Counted from the first letter of the stretch, positions 27,512 through 37,620 are shown. The stretch is DNA of 52,527 nucleotides from an uncultured Geothermobacter sp. (GCA_964441925.1 CAYTVY010000002.1:1-52527), one strand, 5' to 3'. The notes: a model not told the origin generated them from the sequence alone. Numbers and translations are program-made.

Positions 27512-28420
27512 ATGAACGTCATCCACGGACGCTTCGACCAGGCGGGAACCCTGCGCAGCCGCCGGCACCGGCTCACCGCCGTCGACAGCGACGCGGCCGC
27601 CGCGCCGGCGGCGCGGGTGATCTCCATCACCAGCGGCAAGGGCGGCGTCGGCAAAACCTCGGTCGCCACCAACGTCGCCGTCGTCCTGGCGCGCATGGGC
27701 AAAAGGGTTCTGGTCATCGACGCCGACCTGGGGCTGGCCAACATCGACGTCATGTGCGGCCTGACGCCCCGCTACAACCTGAATCACTACTTCGCCGGCG
27801 AGCGTTCCCTGAACGATATCATGACCAGTGGCCCGGCCGGCATCAGCATCCTGCCGGCCGGATCGGGTCTGCAGCACCTGACCCACCTGAACACCGACCA
27901 GAAACGACGCTTTCTCGACGATCTCGACAGCCTGCACGGACAGTTCGACCTGGTGCTGATCGACACCGAAGCGGGCATCTCGGAGAACGTCACCTACTTC
28001 AACGTCGCGGCTCAGGACATCCTGGTGGTCACCACTCCCGAACCGACCGCCATCACCGATGCCTACGCCCTGATGAAGCTTCTGTCGACCCGTTATCACC
28101 AGAAATCGTTCCACCTGGTGGTGAATCAGGTACAGCGGATCGACGAGGGACTGGACGTCTACCAGAAGCTGACCATCGTCTCCAACCGCTACCTCGACAT
28201 CTCCATCGACTACCTCGGCTGTATTCCGCAAAACCCCCGCATGCAGGAAGCCGTCCGCCGGCAGAAGCCGATGGTGGAACTCTTCCCGGGCCAGAAGACG
28301 AGTTCCGCCTTCGAGGCTCTCGCCCGAACGCTGGCGACACCGACGGAACAGGCTCCCAAGGGGACGGTGCAATTTTTCTGGAAACGCTTTTTCACCCTGA
28401 ATCAGGGAGGTGAATCATGA
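27512..28420 (+). CDS. flhG: MinD-like ATPase FlhG/FleN
   Basis: ITSGKGGVGKT; DADLGLANID; TTPEPTAITDAYALMK; lies between flhF and fliA. Confidence 0.94.
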   Translation: MNVIHGRFDQAGTLRSRRHRLTAVDSDAAAAPAARVISITSGKGGVGKTSVATNVAVVLARMGKRVLVIDADLGLANIDVMCGLTPRYNLNHYFAGERSLNDIMTSGPAGISILPAGSGLQHLTHLNTDQKRRFLDDLDSLHGQFDLVLIDTEAGISENVTYFNVAAQDILVVTTPEPTAITDAYALMKLLSTRYHQKSFHLVVNQVQRIDEGLDVYQKLTIVSNRYLDISIDYLGCIPQNPRMQEAVRRQKPMVELFPGQKTSSAFEALARTLATPTEQAPKGTVQFFWKRFFTLNQGGES

Positions 28421-29187
28421 ACGAAACCGCCACCTACACCGAGTCCGGACTGCTCGACCGGGACCAGTTGATCCGCGCCCACCTGCCGCTGGTCAACTTC
28501 CTCGTCGAACGCATGGTCACCCAGGTGCCGGCCTTCGTCAACAAAGACGAGATCTGCAGCGCCGCCATGCTGGGTCTGGTCGATGCCGCCAACCGCTACG
28601 ACCCGTCCAAGGGGGTCCAGTTCAAGACCTTCGCCGAGCGGCGCATCCGCGGCGCGGTGCTGGACGAGGTCCGTCGCATGGACTGGTTCTCGCGCAGTCT
28701 GCGCGAGAAGCACGCCCGGCTGGCCCGCACCATCGAACGCCTCGAACGCAAGCTCGGCCGGGCGCCGGAGGAAGAAGAGATCGCCGACGAGCTCGACATG
28801 AGCCTGGAGGAATACCAGTCGCTGCTCGGCGAGGTCTCCTACCTGGGCTGTATCAGTCTCAACGAATCCCTCGACGAACATGGCGGCAGCCGCGCCATCA
28901 TCGACAACCTCGAGGACGAAAACGGCAAGAGTCCGCTCGACGAACTGGAAGCGGCGGATCTGACCAGGGAGATGGCGGAACATATCAGCAAGCTGTCCGA
29001 AAAGGAACGGCTGGTGGTGGCGCTCTACTATCACGAGGAACTGACCCAGAAGGAGATCGCCGAGGTTCTCGGCATCTCGGAAGGCCGGGTGTCGCAGATT
29101 CACAGCCAGGCCCTGCTGAAGCTGAAAGTCAAGCTGAGTCGGCGCACGACGATGCCGGCCTTTCCGAAAAAGGCGAAAGGAGCATGA
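28417..29187 (+). CDS. fliA: Flagellar sigma factor FliA (sigma28)
   Basis: FKTFA..RIRGA.LDE.R.MDW; region 4 LYYHEELTQKEIAEVLGISEGRVSQIHS. Confidence 0.97.
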   Translation: MNETATYTESGLLDRDQLIRAHLPLVNFLVERMVTQVPAFVNKDEICSAAMLGLVDAANRYDPSKGVQFKTFAERRIRGAVLDEVRRMDWFSRSLREKHARLARTIERLERKLGRAPEEEEIADELDMSLEEYQSLLGEVSYLGCISLNESLDEHGGSRAIIDNLEDENGKSPLDELEAADLTREMAEHISKLSEKERLVVALYYHEELTQKEIAEVLGISEGRVSQIHSQALLKLKVKLSRRTTMPAFPKKAKGA

Positions 29188-29591
29188 ATGCCATGTTCAG
29201 GCCCGAATACACCTTCATGCTGTTCGCCGGCACGTCCCTGGCCAGCCTGACCGGATTCGCCCTGCTCTATCTGAAGCTGAACCGGATCAGCCGACAGCTG
29301 GCCAGGGTCAGCGCCACGGTCGCCGGCGACCGTGAAACGAAACCGGCGAAGGAGCAAACGGCCTTCGACGCCGATCTGCTGGCGGCCAACGTCAAATCAA
29401 TGGTCCGGCAGCAGATGACGACCGGCAGCCCGGCAGACCGGTATCGCTACCTCAATTCGCTGGCCTCCCACGGGCTCGCCCCGGAGCAGATCGCCCAGAT
29501 CCTCGAAATCGGCAGGGGCGAGGCGGAACAGCTGGTCAAACTGGCCCGGCTGCGGACGATGACGACCGAAACGGAGGAGATGGCGGCATGA
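29184..29591 (+). CDS. Membrane-anchored hypothetical protein, SwrB/DUF2802/DUF6115-like
   Basis: ATG overlaps the fliA stop; N-terminal TM; C-terminal LASHGLAPEQIAQILEIGRGEAEQLVKL helical motif. Confidence 0.6.
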   Translation: MNAMFRPEYTFMLFAGTSLASLTGFALLYLKLNRISRQLARVSATVAGDRETKPAKEQTAFDADLLAANVKSMVRQQMTTGSPADRYRYLNSLASHGLAPEQIAQILEIGRGEAEQLVKLARLRTMTTETEEMAA

Positions 29592-30325
29592 GTGACCTGG
29601 CCTACAACGCGGGACTGGTTTCGGCGGCCTCGGGCGCCATGAGCCGCCTGAGGGCCATCGACATCATCACCAACAACCTGGCCAACACCAACACCCCAGG
29701 TTTCAAGCGGGACGTTCCCGGCTTCGACGCCGCACTGGTCCGGGCGCAGCAGGGAGGAGGTCTGGTCACCACCGCCAGACTGCAGCGGGTCGCCCGCGAC
29801 GGCACTCCGGGAGAACTGCAAAAGAGCGGCAATCCCCTCGATGTCGCCATCGTCGGTCGCGGCTACTTCCGGGTGCAGGATACGAAGACCGGCGACGAGC
29901 TCTACACCCGCCAGGGCAATTTCAGTCTCGACGCCTCCGGAATGCTCATCACCAGTTCCGGCCTGCCGGTTCTCGGCGAAAGCGGACCCATCGTCCTGCC
30001 GGCCGGCGGGAAGATCGAGATCGACCGCGACGGCACCATCCTGCGTGACGGCCAGCAGGTGGGACGACTGCAGCTGGTCGACTTTCCGGACGATGTCATG
30101 CTGACACGCCGGGGCCGGGGGCTTCTGGCCGCACCGGACGGCGTCCTCCCCCGGCGGCTGAACAAACCGAACCTGATGCAGGGATGGATCGAAAAGGCGA
30201 ACGTCAGTCCGCTGACGGAAATGACCCGGATGGTGACCTACGAACGGGATTTCGAAGCCTATCAGAAACTGATCAAGGCCTATGGACAGATCGCCACCAA
30301 GGCCGTGGAGATAGGCGCTTTCTAG
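29588..30325 (+). CDS. flgF: Flagellar basal-body rod protein FlgF
   Basis: IITNNLANTNTPGFK; GNPLDVAI.G.GYF; YTRQGNF; precedes flgG. Confidence 0.9.
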   Translation: MSDLAYNAGLVSAASGAMSRLRAIDIITNNLANTNTPGFKRDVPGFDAALVRAQQGGGLVTTARLQRVARDGTPGELQKSGNPLDVAIVGRGYFRVQDTKTGDELYTRQGNFSLDASGMLITSSGLPVLGESGPIVLPAGGKIEIDRDGTILRDGQQVGRLQLVDFPDDVMLTRRGRGLLAAPDGVLPRRLNKPNLMQGWIEKANVSPLTEMTRMVTYERDFEAYQKLIKAYGQIATKAVEIGAF

Positions 30326-30340
30326 ACAAGGAGTGGGACC

Positions 30341-31126
30341 ATGATCAAGGCACTTTCCATCGCGGCATCCGGCATGGAAGCCCAGCAGCTCAACATGGAC
30401 ATCATTGCCAACAACCTGGCCAACGTCAATACCACCGGCTTCAAGAAGAGTCGTGCCGACTTCCAGGATCTGCTCTACCAGACCATCCGTGCCGCCGGCG
30501 GCACCACGACCACGGGAAACGAGGTGCCGATCGGAATTCAGGTCGGACTCGGCACCCGCACCGCGGCGGTGCAGAAGATCTTCACCCCCGGCGACATGAT
30601 CCAGACCGGCAACGAACTCGATCTGGCGATCGAGGGCGACGGCTTCTTCCAGGTGCTGCTGCCCGACGGTGAAACCGTCTACACCCGGGCCGGCGCCCTG
30701 AAAAAGGACAGTACCGGCCGTCTGGTCACCTCCGACGGCTACCCCATTCAACCGGAGATCACCATTCCGGACAATGCCACCCGGATCGCCATCTACGAAG
30801 ACGGAACGGTCGAGGCCTTTCTCGACGGCAGCACCACCGGCGACCAGCTCGGCCAGATCGAGCTGGCCACCTTCAGCAATCCGGCAGGCCTGTTCAGCCT
30901 CGGCCGCAACCTGCTCCAGGAAACCCAGTCCTCCGGCCCACCGACCCTCGGCATCCCCGGCGAGCTGGGCCTGGGCACCATCGCCCAGGGCTATCTCGAG
31001 GGCAGCAACGTCAGTGTCATGGAGGAGATGGTGGCGATGATCGCCGGCCAGCGGGCCTACGAAATCAACTCCAAGGCGATCAAGACCGCCGACGAGATGC
31101 TGCAGATGACCAACAATCTGGCCTGA
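30341..31126 (+). CDS. flgG: Flagellar distal rod protein FlgG
   Basis: [25 protein letters not shown]; GIQVGLG; [18 protein letters not shown]. Confidence 0.97.
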   Translation: MIKALSIAASGMEAQQLNMDIIANNLANVNTTGFKKSRADFQDLLYQTIRAAGGTTTTGNEVPIGIQVGLGTRTAAVQKIFTPGDMIQTGNELDLAIEGDGFFQVLLPDGETVYTRAGALKKDSTGRLVTSDGYPIQPEITIPDNATRIAIYEDGTVEAFLDGSTTGDQLGQIELATFSNPAGLFSLGRNLLQETQSSGPPTLGIPGELGLGTIAQGYLEGSNVSVMEEMVAMIAGQRAYEINSKAIKTADEMLQMTNNLA

Positions 31127-31138
31127 ACGGACGAAACC

Positions 31139-32086
31139 ATGAAACACGCAGTCCTCAGCTTCCTGCTGCTGCTCGCCATGGGCAGCGTCTGCCCGGCGGC
31201 ATCGATCGACTGGCATCGTCAGGCGATCGTCGACGGCCCCGAGCTGACCCTGGGCGCCATCGCCGACATCGAGGCAAAGCCGCAGACGGCGCCCTACCTC
31301 GCGGGCCTGGTCCTGGGGCCTGCCCCCGCCCCCGGACAGGAGATCCGCCTCGACAGCCGGCAGCTGCAGGAGCAGCTGCTGCGCCTGGAACCCCGGCTGG
31401 TCCGGGCGACATTCGGCGGTGCCGACACCATCATCGTCAAAAGGGCCGGAATCCTGGTAGGCGCCGACCGGATCCGGCGCCTGCTCGACCGGTTTCTCCT
31501 CAAGGAGCAAAAGCGCCACCCCGGCGTCCGGCTGGCCTTCAGAAACCTGCACCTGCCGGCCCCCTTCGTGCTGCCCAAAGGGACGGTCCGCAGTGAAATC
31601 CGTCCCTCGGATCCCGACATCTTCAAGGCCCGCAGCTTCAACCTGATCTTCCGGGTCGATAACCGGGTGGAGAAAAACCTGACCGTCCGCGGCAGCGTCA
31701 CGGGACACGCCAGGGTGGTCACCCTGGCCAGAGACCTGCCCCGGGGCAGCATTCTGCAGCCGGAGGATCTGGTTCTCGTCGAACGGGAAATCAATCATCT
31801 GCGCCAGCCCTTCTTCCGGACGGCCGGACTGGTCGGCAAGAAACTCAAGCGCTCTTTGCGGCAGGGCGAGGTTCTGACCCGGACCATGATCGACACCCCG
31901 CCCGCCGTCAAACGTGGACAGCCGGTCATGATCGTCCTCACCCGGGGAGCCCTCAGTCTCTCGGCCAAGGGGATCGCCAAACGCGACGGCAAACCGGGGG
32001 ACACCATTCCGGTGCGCAACATCAGCTCACAGAAAGTGATCCTCTGCCAGGTCACCGGACCGGGCAGGGTCGAGGTCGGGTTCTGA
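31139..32086 (+). CDS. flgA: P-ring formation chaperone FlgA
   Basis: Signal peptide; SAF domain; VKRGQPV...G.A..DG..GD.I.VRN..S.K. Confidence 0.92.
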   Translation: MKHAVLSFLLLLAMGSVCPAASIDWHRQAIVDGPELTLGAIADIEAKPQTAPYLAGLVLGPAPAPGQEIRLDSRQLQEQLLRLEPRLVRATFGGADTIIVKRAGILVGADRIRRLLDRFLLKEQKRHPGVRLAFRNLHLPAPFVLPKGTVRSEIRPSDPDIFKARSFNLIFRVDNRVEKNLTVRGSVTGHARVVTLARDLPRGSILQPEDLVLVEREINHLRQPFFRTAGLVGKKLKRSLRQGEVLTRTMIDTPPAVKRGQPVMIVLTRGALSLSAKGIAKRDGKPGDTIPVRNISSQKVILCQVTGPGRVEVGF

Positions 32087-32087
32087 G

Positions 32088-32774
32088 ATGAAAAAAACCA
32101 GTCTGTCCATACTCATTCTGCCCCTGCTGCTGGCAGCCTGTGCGCCGCCGCAGCCGCCGCCCCCGATACTGGGCAGCAACCTTCCGGTGCACGCCCCCAC
32201 CACCGAACCGACCCATGGCAAGGGGTCGATCTGGAGCGACCGGGGCAGCGACCTGTTCACCGACCTGAAGGCCCGCCGCGTCGGCGACATCGTGACCGTG
32301 GCCATCTATGAACGGGCCAGCGCCAGCAAGGAGGCCACCACCGAAACCGACCGGAGCAGTTCAATTTCGGCCGACATCACCAAGTTCTTCCGTTTCGAAA
32401 GGGATCTCGCGAACCTGGCCGGCGGCATCGATCCGGGCAAACTGGTCAGCGCCAACTACACGAACGCGTTCGAAGGCAACGGCAAGACCACCCGCAAGGA
32501 GGATCTGATCGCCACCCTGACCACCCAGGTGGTCGAAGTCCTGCCCAACGGCAACCTGCGCATCGTGGGGAACAAGGCGGTCACCGTCAACAACGAAACC
32601 CAGTACATCCAGCTGACCGGACTGGTGCGTCCGACCGACATAACGCCCCAAAACATCGTCGACTCGAAATACGTTCTCGACGCCCGCATCGCCTATACCG
32701 GCAAGGGCGTGGTCAGTGACAAGCAGCGACCGGGCTGGATGACCCGGGTCCTCGACACCATCTGGCCCTTCTGA
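32088..32774 (+). CDS. flgH: Flagellar L-ring lipoprotein FlgH
   Basis: Lipobox LAAC; LF.D.KARRVGDIVT; VLPNGNL; GW..R.LD..WPF. Confidence 0.96.
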   Translation: MKKTSLSILILPLLLAACAPPQPPPPILGSNLPVHAPTTEPTHGKGSIWSDRGSDLFTDLKARRVGDIVTVAIYERASASKEATTETDRSSSISADITKFFRFERDLANLAGGIDPGKLVSANYTNAFEGNGKTTRKEDLIATLTTQVVEVLPNGNLRIVGNKAVTVNNETQYIQLTGLVRPTDITPQNIVDSKYVLDARIAYTGKGVVSDKQRPGWMTRVLDTIWPF

Positions 32775-32791
32775 GGAGACCAAGGACGATC

Positions 32792-33883
32792 ATGCGGTAT
32801 TTGCTCGTGACATCTCTGATCTTTCTGTTCATGACTCCGGTCCAGGCCGCCCGGATCAAGGACATCGCCCGCCTCGACGGGGTGCGCGCCAACCAGCTGG
32901 TCGGCTACGGCCTGGTGGTGGGACTCAACGGCACCGGCGACGGCCAGCAGACGGAATTCACCATCCAGTCGCTGGTCAACATGCTCGAACGCATGGGCAT
33001 CACCGTCAATCCGGACGACGTCCGGGTGGACAATGTCGCCGCGGTCATGGTGACGGCGAAACTGCCGCCCTTCGCCCGCCCCGGCAACCAGATCGACGTC
33101 ACCATCTCCTCGATCGGCGATGCCGAATCCCTCGCCGGCGGCACCCTGCTGCTGACGCCCCTGAAAGGACCTGACGGCAATGTCTACGCCGTCGCCCAGG
33201 GGCCGGTGGTGGTCGGTTCCCTCTCCTTCGGCGGCAAGGCGGCCAAGGTCCAGAAGAACCACCCCACGGCCGGCCGCATCCCCGGAGGCGGCATCGTCGA
33301 GCGCGCCATCCCGGTGAACCTGCCGGAGGACGGGCAACTGACCTACCGGGTCGAGGACAACGACTTCACCACCGTCAGCCGCATCGCCCAGGCCATCAAC
33401 GACCGCTTCGGCCCCAACACGTCCCGGCCGGTCGATGGTGGCAGCGTCGCCGTCCGGATTCCCCCGCCCTACCGTGGCCGGGTGGTCAATTTTCTCAGCG
33501 AGCTCGAGGCGCTCGAAGTCCAGCCGGACTCCCCGGCCCGTATCGTGGTCAACGAAAAGACCGGCACCATCGTCATGGGCGAGGACGTCCGCATCGATAC
33601 CGTCGCCGTCTCCCACGGCAATCTCAGCCTGGTCATCAACGAACGGGCCGATGTCTCCCAGGCCCAACCGCTGGCACCGGGCGGCCAGACCATCGTCACT
33701 CCGCGAACCGACATCGAAATCAGCGAAGGCAGCGGCGAACTGGTGATCATGAACATGGGCGTCAGCCTCGCCGAAATCGCCCAGGCCCTCAATGCCATCG
33801 GCGCCTCACCACGCGACCTGATCGCCATTCTGCAGGCGATCAAGGCCTCGGGCGCCCTGCATGCCGAACTGGTCATACTCTGA
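32792..33883 (+). CDS. flgI: Flagellar P-ring protein FlgI
   Basis: RIKDIA...GVR.NQLVGYGLVVGLNGTGD; ILQAIKASGALHAEL. Confidence 0.97.
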   Translation: MRYLLVTSLIFLFMTPVQAARIKDIARLDGVRANQLVGYGLVVGLNGTGDGQQTEFTIQSLVNMLERMGITVNPDDVRVDNVAAVMVTAKLPPFARPGNQIDVTISSIGDAESLAGGTLLLTPLKGPDGNVYAVAQGPVVVGSLSFGGKAAKVQKNHPTAGRIPGGGIVERAIPVNLPEDGQLTYRVEDNDFTTVSRIAQAINDRFGPNTSRPVDGGSVAVRIPPPYRGRVVNFLSELEALEVQPDSPARIVVNEKTGTIVMGEDVRIDTVAVSHGNLSLVINERADVSQAQPLAPGGQTIVTPRTDIEISEGSGELVIMNMGVSLAEIAQALNAIGASPRDLIAILQAIKASGALHAELVIL

Positions 33884-33895
33884 CGGGAGAAAAAC

Positions 33896-34201
33896 ATGAA
33901 AATTCCTGGTCTTCTTCCTGCAGACATTTCGGTCGGGCCAACCACCTCCGGCAACCGGACCTTAGGACTGCGTCAGGCCTGCCGCGAATTCGAGGCCCTG
34001 TTCATCCAGTCGATGCTCAAGGGCATGCACGCGACCGTTCCCGACAGCGGCCTGCTGGACAAGGACGCCGGCCGGGACATCTACCGGGAGATGATGGACA
34101 TCGAAATCGCCCGGGAAATCGCCGGCCGGAACAACGGGCTCGGCATCGGCCAGACCCTGTACCGGGAGCTGAGCCGGGCCCGGAAGACGGCCGACGACTG
34201 A
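33896..34201 (+). CDS. flgJ: Short FlgJ (rod-binding domain only)
   Basis: LRQACREFEALF...MLKGM..T...GLGI...LY..L; no muramidase domain. Confidence 0.85.
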   Translation: MKIPGLLPADISVGPTTSGNRTLGLRQACREFEALFIQSMLKGMHATVPDSGLLDKDAGRDIYREMMDIEIAREIAGRNNGLGIGQTLYRELSRARKTADD

Positions 34202-34262
34202 AAACCGGTGCCACGAGCCGGAAAACGGTTCGTTCACCCTGCTCTTTTCTGTGATTTTTTGC

Positions 34263-34290
34263 TAAACTTGGCGCAGTCTTACGTCGATAT
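34263..34290 (+). promoter_or_regulatory. Sigma28 promoter for flgMNKL
   Basis: TAAA-N16-GTCGATAT. Confidence 0.7.
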
Positions 34291-34386
34291 GAAGACCAGG
34301 TAAAGAATCTTCGGCCATGCCGGGTCTTTACCACTGCTCCCGGCGGAGCCGCTGCCCGGAGGGCATTGCCAACAAAGGTGGAAACC

Positions 34387-34689
34387 ATGACAGTCAAGAT
34401 TCACACCGGAAAGCCGCTGGTCAACACGGGCAAGATGCGAGATACGAACACGCAGCCGAACCGCAAGGAAAACAAAACGGCCGGCACCGCCGGCACCACG
34501 GTGGACAGGGTCAAAATCTCCTCTTTCGCCCGCGAAGCCACCCGCCTGAACCAGACGGAGGCTGCGGGCGATGCCGCCCGGACCGAGAAGGTGGCCGGAC
34601 TGAAACAGCAGATCGCCGACGGCACCTACGATCCCGACCCGGAAAAGGTCGCCGAGAGCCTGCTCAAGTACATCCTCGAGGAACGCTGA
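34387..34689 (+). CDS. flgM: Anti-sigma28 factor FlgM
   Basis: DRVKISS...RTEKVAGLKQQIADGTY..D.EKVAESLL. Confidence 0.93.
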   Translation: MTVKIHTGKPLVNTGKMRDTNTQPNRKENKTAGTAGTTVDRVKISSFAREATRLNQTEAAGDAARTEKVAGLKQQIADGTYDPDPEKVAESLLKYILEER

Positions 34690-34693
34690 GCCG

Positions 34694-35050
34694 ATGAACG
34701 CCGCAGCCAGGAAAACGATGGAGCAGCTCCACCGGATCATCCTCGAGGAGAGGCAGTGTGCCATCGATCTCGATACCGACGGACTGGCCCGCCTGGCCGA
34801 GGCCAAGAACAGGCTGCTGGCCGAACTGCACGGTCAGCAGATCGACAGCGAAGATCCCGAGGCGCGGTCACTGGCGGAAACCATCCGTGAAGAGAACCGT
34901 CGCAACGCCTACCTCTTCTGGTCGTCCCTGAACTGGGTGCGGGACATTCTCAATTTCTACAGCCGGCAGATGACCGAACCCACCTACAACCCGACCGGCC
35001 GGAAGATCGAACGTACCGGCGGCGGCAGGCTCATTTCCGGGAAGGTCTGA
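34694..35050 (+). CDS. flgN: Flagellar export chaperone FlgN
   Basis: Helical protein with C-terminal TYNPTG; lies between flgM and flgK. Confidence 0.8.
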   Translation: MNAAARKTMEQLHRIILEERQCAIDLDTDGLARLAEAKNRLLAELHGQQIDSEDPEARSLAETIREENRRNAYLFWSSLNWVRDILNFYSRQMTEPTYNPTGRKIERTGGGRLISGKV

Positions 35051-35051
35051 G

Positions 35052-36431
35052 ATGGGCGGAATCATCAGCGCACTGAACGCGGCCAAAACCTCCATCACCA
35101 GCCAGCAGAAGGCCATCGAAGTCGTCGGCAACAACATCGCCAACGTCAACACCCCCGGCTACTCACGACAGACGCCCAACCTGACCCCCTATCCGACACT
35201 CGCCTTCGGCGACTTCTTTGTCGGACAGGGCGTGCGGGTCGGTTCCATCGAACGCGCCCACGACGCCTTCCTGACCGGCGAAATCCGTCAGAAGAACGCC
35301 GATTTCGGCCAGGAGAACGCCAAAACGGCGCCGCTGGCCGAAATCGAGGGTTCCCTGCCCATCGACGACACCGGACTGGTCGCCGACATCGACCGTTTTT
35401 TCGATGCCTGGCAGGAGCTCTCGACCAATCCGGACGGCAGTGTCGAGCGCTCCCAGGTCATCCAGTACGGCCGGCGGCTGGCCCAGTCCTTCAACAGCAC
35501 CTGGAACCGGCTCGAGGACATCCGCGGTAACATCGACAACACCCTGGTCAGCAAGGTCGACACCATCAACCTGAAGCTGCGCCAGGTCGCCGACCTGAAC
35601 AAACGGATCTCCACCGTCGAATACGCCGGTCAGTCCGCCAACGCCGAACGTGACCAGCGCGACCAGCTGGTCAAGGAGCTGGCCGGCGAAATCGGCGTCA
35701 CCGCCGTCGAAGACAAGGTCGGCATGATCTCCCTGCAGCTTCCCGGTGGCGTCCCCCTGGTCGAAGGCGGTATCGCCCTGCGGCTCGAAACTCTCCAGAC
35801 ACCAGGCGGCGTCCAGATCAAGGTCAATACCGGATCGGCCTCCCTTCCGGTGCCCAACAGCGGCTGGGGAGGAGAATTCCGCGGGCTGCTCGACACCCGC
35901 GACCAGCTGATTCCCGACCTGCAGGGACGCCTCGACCAGCTGGCCTACGACCTGGCGACCCAGGTCAACGGCCTGCACCGGGCCGGCAGCGGCCTCGACG
36001 GTGTCGGCGGCCGCGATTTCTTCGTCCAGCCCACCGCCGTCAGTACGGCCGCCACCCTGCTGTCGGTCGCCATCAGCGACCCGAACGCGGTGGCGGCCGG
36101 CCAGACCAGCGCCCCCGGCGACAACAGCAACGCCCTGCAGCTGGCGGCCCTCAAGGATGTCGCATTCGTCAACGGCACCGACTCCTACACCGAATGGTAC
36201 GGCAAGATCACCTCCAGCGTCGGCATCGAAGCCAGCCAGAACAAGCTGGCGGTCACCGGCCTGCAGGACAGTCTCGAGCAGCTGGAGAACCTGCGCGAAG
36301 CCACCGTCGGCGTCTCCATCGAGGAGGAGATGATCAACCTGCTGCAGTACCAGAAGGCCTTCGAAGCCTCGGCCAAGTTTCTGAGCACGGTGGACGAGAT
36401 GATGGACAGCGTCCTGATGATCAAGAGGTAA
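35052..36431 (+). CDS. flgK: Hook-associated protein FlgK
   Basis: GNNIANVNTPGYSRQ; GVSIEEEMINLLQYQKAFEASAK. Confidence 0.96.
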   Translation: MGGIISALNAAKTSITSQQKAIEVVGNNIANVNTPGYSRQTPNLTPYPTLAFGDFFVGQGVRVGSIERAHDAFLTGEIRQKNADFGQENAKTAPLAEIEGSLPIDDTGLVADIDRFFDAWQELSTNPDGSVERSQVIQYGRRLAQSFNSTWNRLEDIRGNIDNTLVSKVDTINLKLRQVADLNKRISTVEYAGQSANAERDQRDQLVKELAGEIGVTAVEDKVGMISLQLPGGVPLVEGGIALRLETLQTPGGVQIKVNTGSASLPVPNSGWGGEFRGLLDTRDQLIPDLQGRLDQLAYDLATQVNGLHRAGSGLDGVGGRDFFVQPTAVSTAATLLSVAISDPNAVAAGQTSAPGDNSNALQLAALKDVAFVNGTDSYTEWYGKITSSVGIEASQNKLAVTGLQDSLEQLENLREATVGVSIEEEMINLLQYQKAFEASAKFLSTVDEMMDSVLMIKR

Positions 36432-36434
36432 GTC

Positions 36435-37373
36435 ATGCGCGCCACCCTGGGAACGACCTACCGCAGCCTTCTCGGCAGCCTGAACCGCATCAACTCCCGC
36501 CTGGAGGATTTGCGCGTCCAGACCGCCAGCGGCAAGAAGCTGCAGCGGCCGTCGGACGATCCGTCGTCGATCCGCCCGACCCTTTACGCCCGCGCCGACA
36601 TCGTCAGTGCCGGCCGCTTCACCCGCACCATCAACAGCGCTCTGGACCAGATCGAGAACCAGGACTACTATCTCGACAACATGGAGAACATCCTGGTCCG
36701 GGCCAAGGAAATCGCCATCGCGGCGGTCAACGACAGCCTCAACGCCCAGGACCGGCTGACCTACGCCGGTGAGGTGGCCCGACTGCGCCAGGAACTGTTC
36801 GACATGGGCAACGCCCAGTTCGACGGCAAGTACCTCTTCTCGGGCTACCAGATCCATAGCAAACCCTTTGTCGAGAACCCGGCCTACGATCCGGTTCTCG
36901 ACCCCCGGCCGGTGTTGTACCAGGGTGACAACGGCAGCTTCAAACTGGCGACCGGCCCCGGGGAGATGACGCAGGTCAACCTGACCGGCAACGCCCTGCT
37001 GCTCGGCGACAGCGATAACGACGGGGTGACCGACCCCGGCGGCACCGACATCTTCGCCGCGATGAAACGGCTCGAGGATGCCCTGCGCGCCAACGACACG
37101 GCCGCCATCGAGGCCGAGATGCCCAATGTCACGTCCGGCATGGAGCAGATCCGGCGCCACCGCAGCATCATGGGCAACAACGGCAGCCGGCTCGAAGAGG
37201 CCCTGGGGCGGATGGAGGACATGAAAATCCGCATGCGCGAGGTTCTCTCCCGCTACGAGGACGCCGACCTGGTGGAGACCATCGCCAACCTGAAACAACA
37301 GGAATCGGCACTGCAGGCGGCCCTGGCCGTCACCGGCAGAATCTCGGAGCTGTCGATTCTCAACTATCTGTAA
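36435..37373 (+). CDS. flgL: Hook-associated protein FlgL
   Basis: SGKKLQRPSDDP; GKYLFSG; EDADL; C-terminal LSILNYL. Confidence 0.96.
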   Translation: MRATLGTTYRSLLGSLNRINSRLEDLRVQTASGKKLQRPSDDPSSIRPTLYARADIVSAGRFTRTINSALDQIENQDYYLDNMENILVRAKEIAIAAVNDSLNAQDRLTYAGEVARLRQELFDMGNAQFDGKYLFSGYQIHSKPFVENPAYDPVLDPRPVLYQGDNGSFKLATGPGEMTQVNLTGNALLLGDSDNDGVTDPGGTDIFAAMKRLEDALRANDTAAIEAEMPNVTSGMEQIRRHRSIMGNNGSRLEEALGRMEDMKIRMREVLSRYEDADLVETIANLKQQESALQAALAVTGRISELSILNYL

Positions 37374-37536
37374 CCTGAATCAGCGGGTTTGTGCCGGATG
37401 AAGAGTGCGGGTGCTTGGCCTGGATGCGGTTTTCAAAAATCCAAGGCGCACCCTTAGGTTCGCCGGTGCTTTTTGGAAAACGCAGGCAGGTCAATTGAGC
37501 TGCGCTATTCGCCGGTGACAAGCTCACTGATGCAGA
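37374..37536. repeat. MITE-like repeat, longest copy (about 163 bp) with imperfect terminal inverted repeats
   Basis: Left end CCTGAATCAGCGGGTTTGT versus reverse-complemented right end TCTGCATCAGTGAGCTTGT. Related copies at 42195 and 44148. Confidence 0.8.
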
Positions 37537-37574
37537 TGTAAACCTGTCATCCGGGACTTTTTCCGGATTCTTTC

Positions 37575-37602
37575 TAAACGAACGAATCGTAATGGCCGAT
37601 AA
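37575..37602 (+). promoter_or_regulatory. Sigma28 promoter for csrA-fliW
   Basis: TAAA-N16-GCCGATAA, with consensus -35 and -10 boxes. Confidence 0.85.
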
Positions 37603-37620
37603 GAGCCATGGAGGGCAAGG

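Noticed and set aside
34268-34284. TTGGCGCAGTCTTACG as a sigma54 promoter for flgM
   Set aside because: No GC at -12 with the correct spacing; the overlapping sigma28 motif explains the region.
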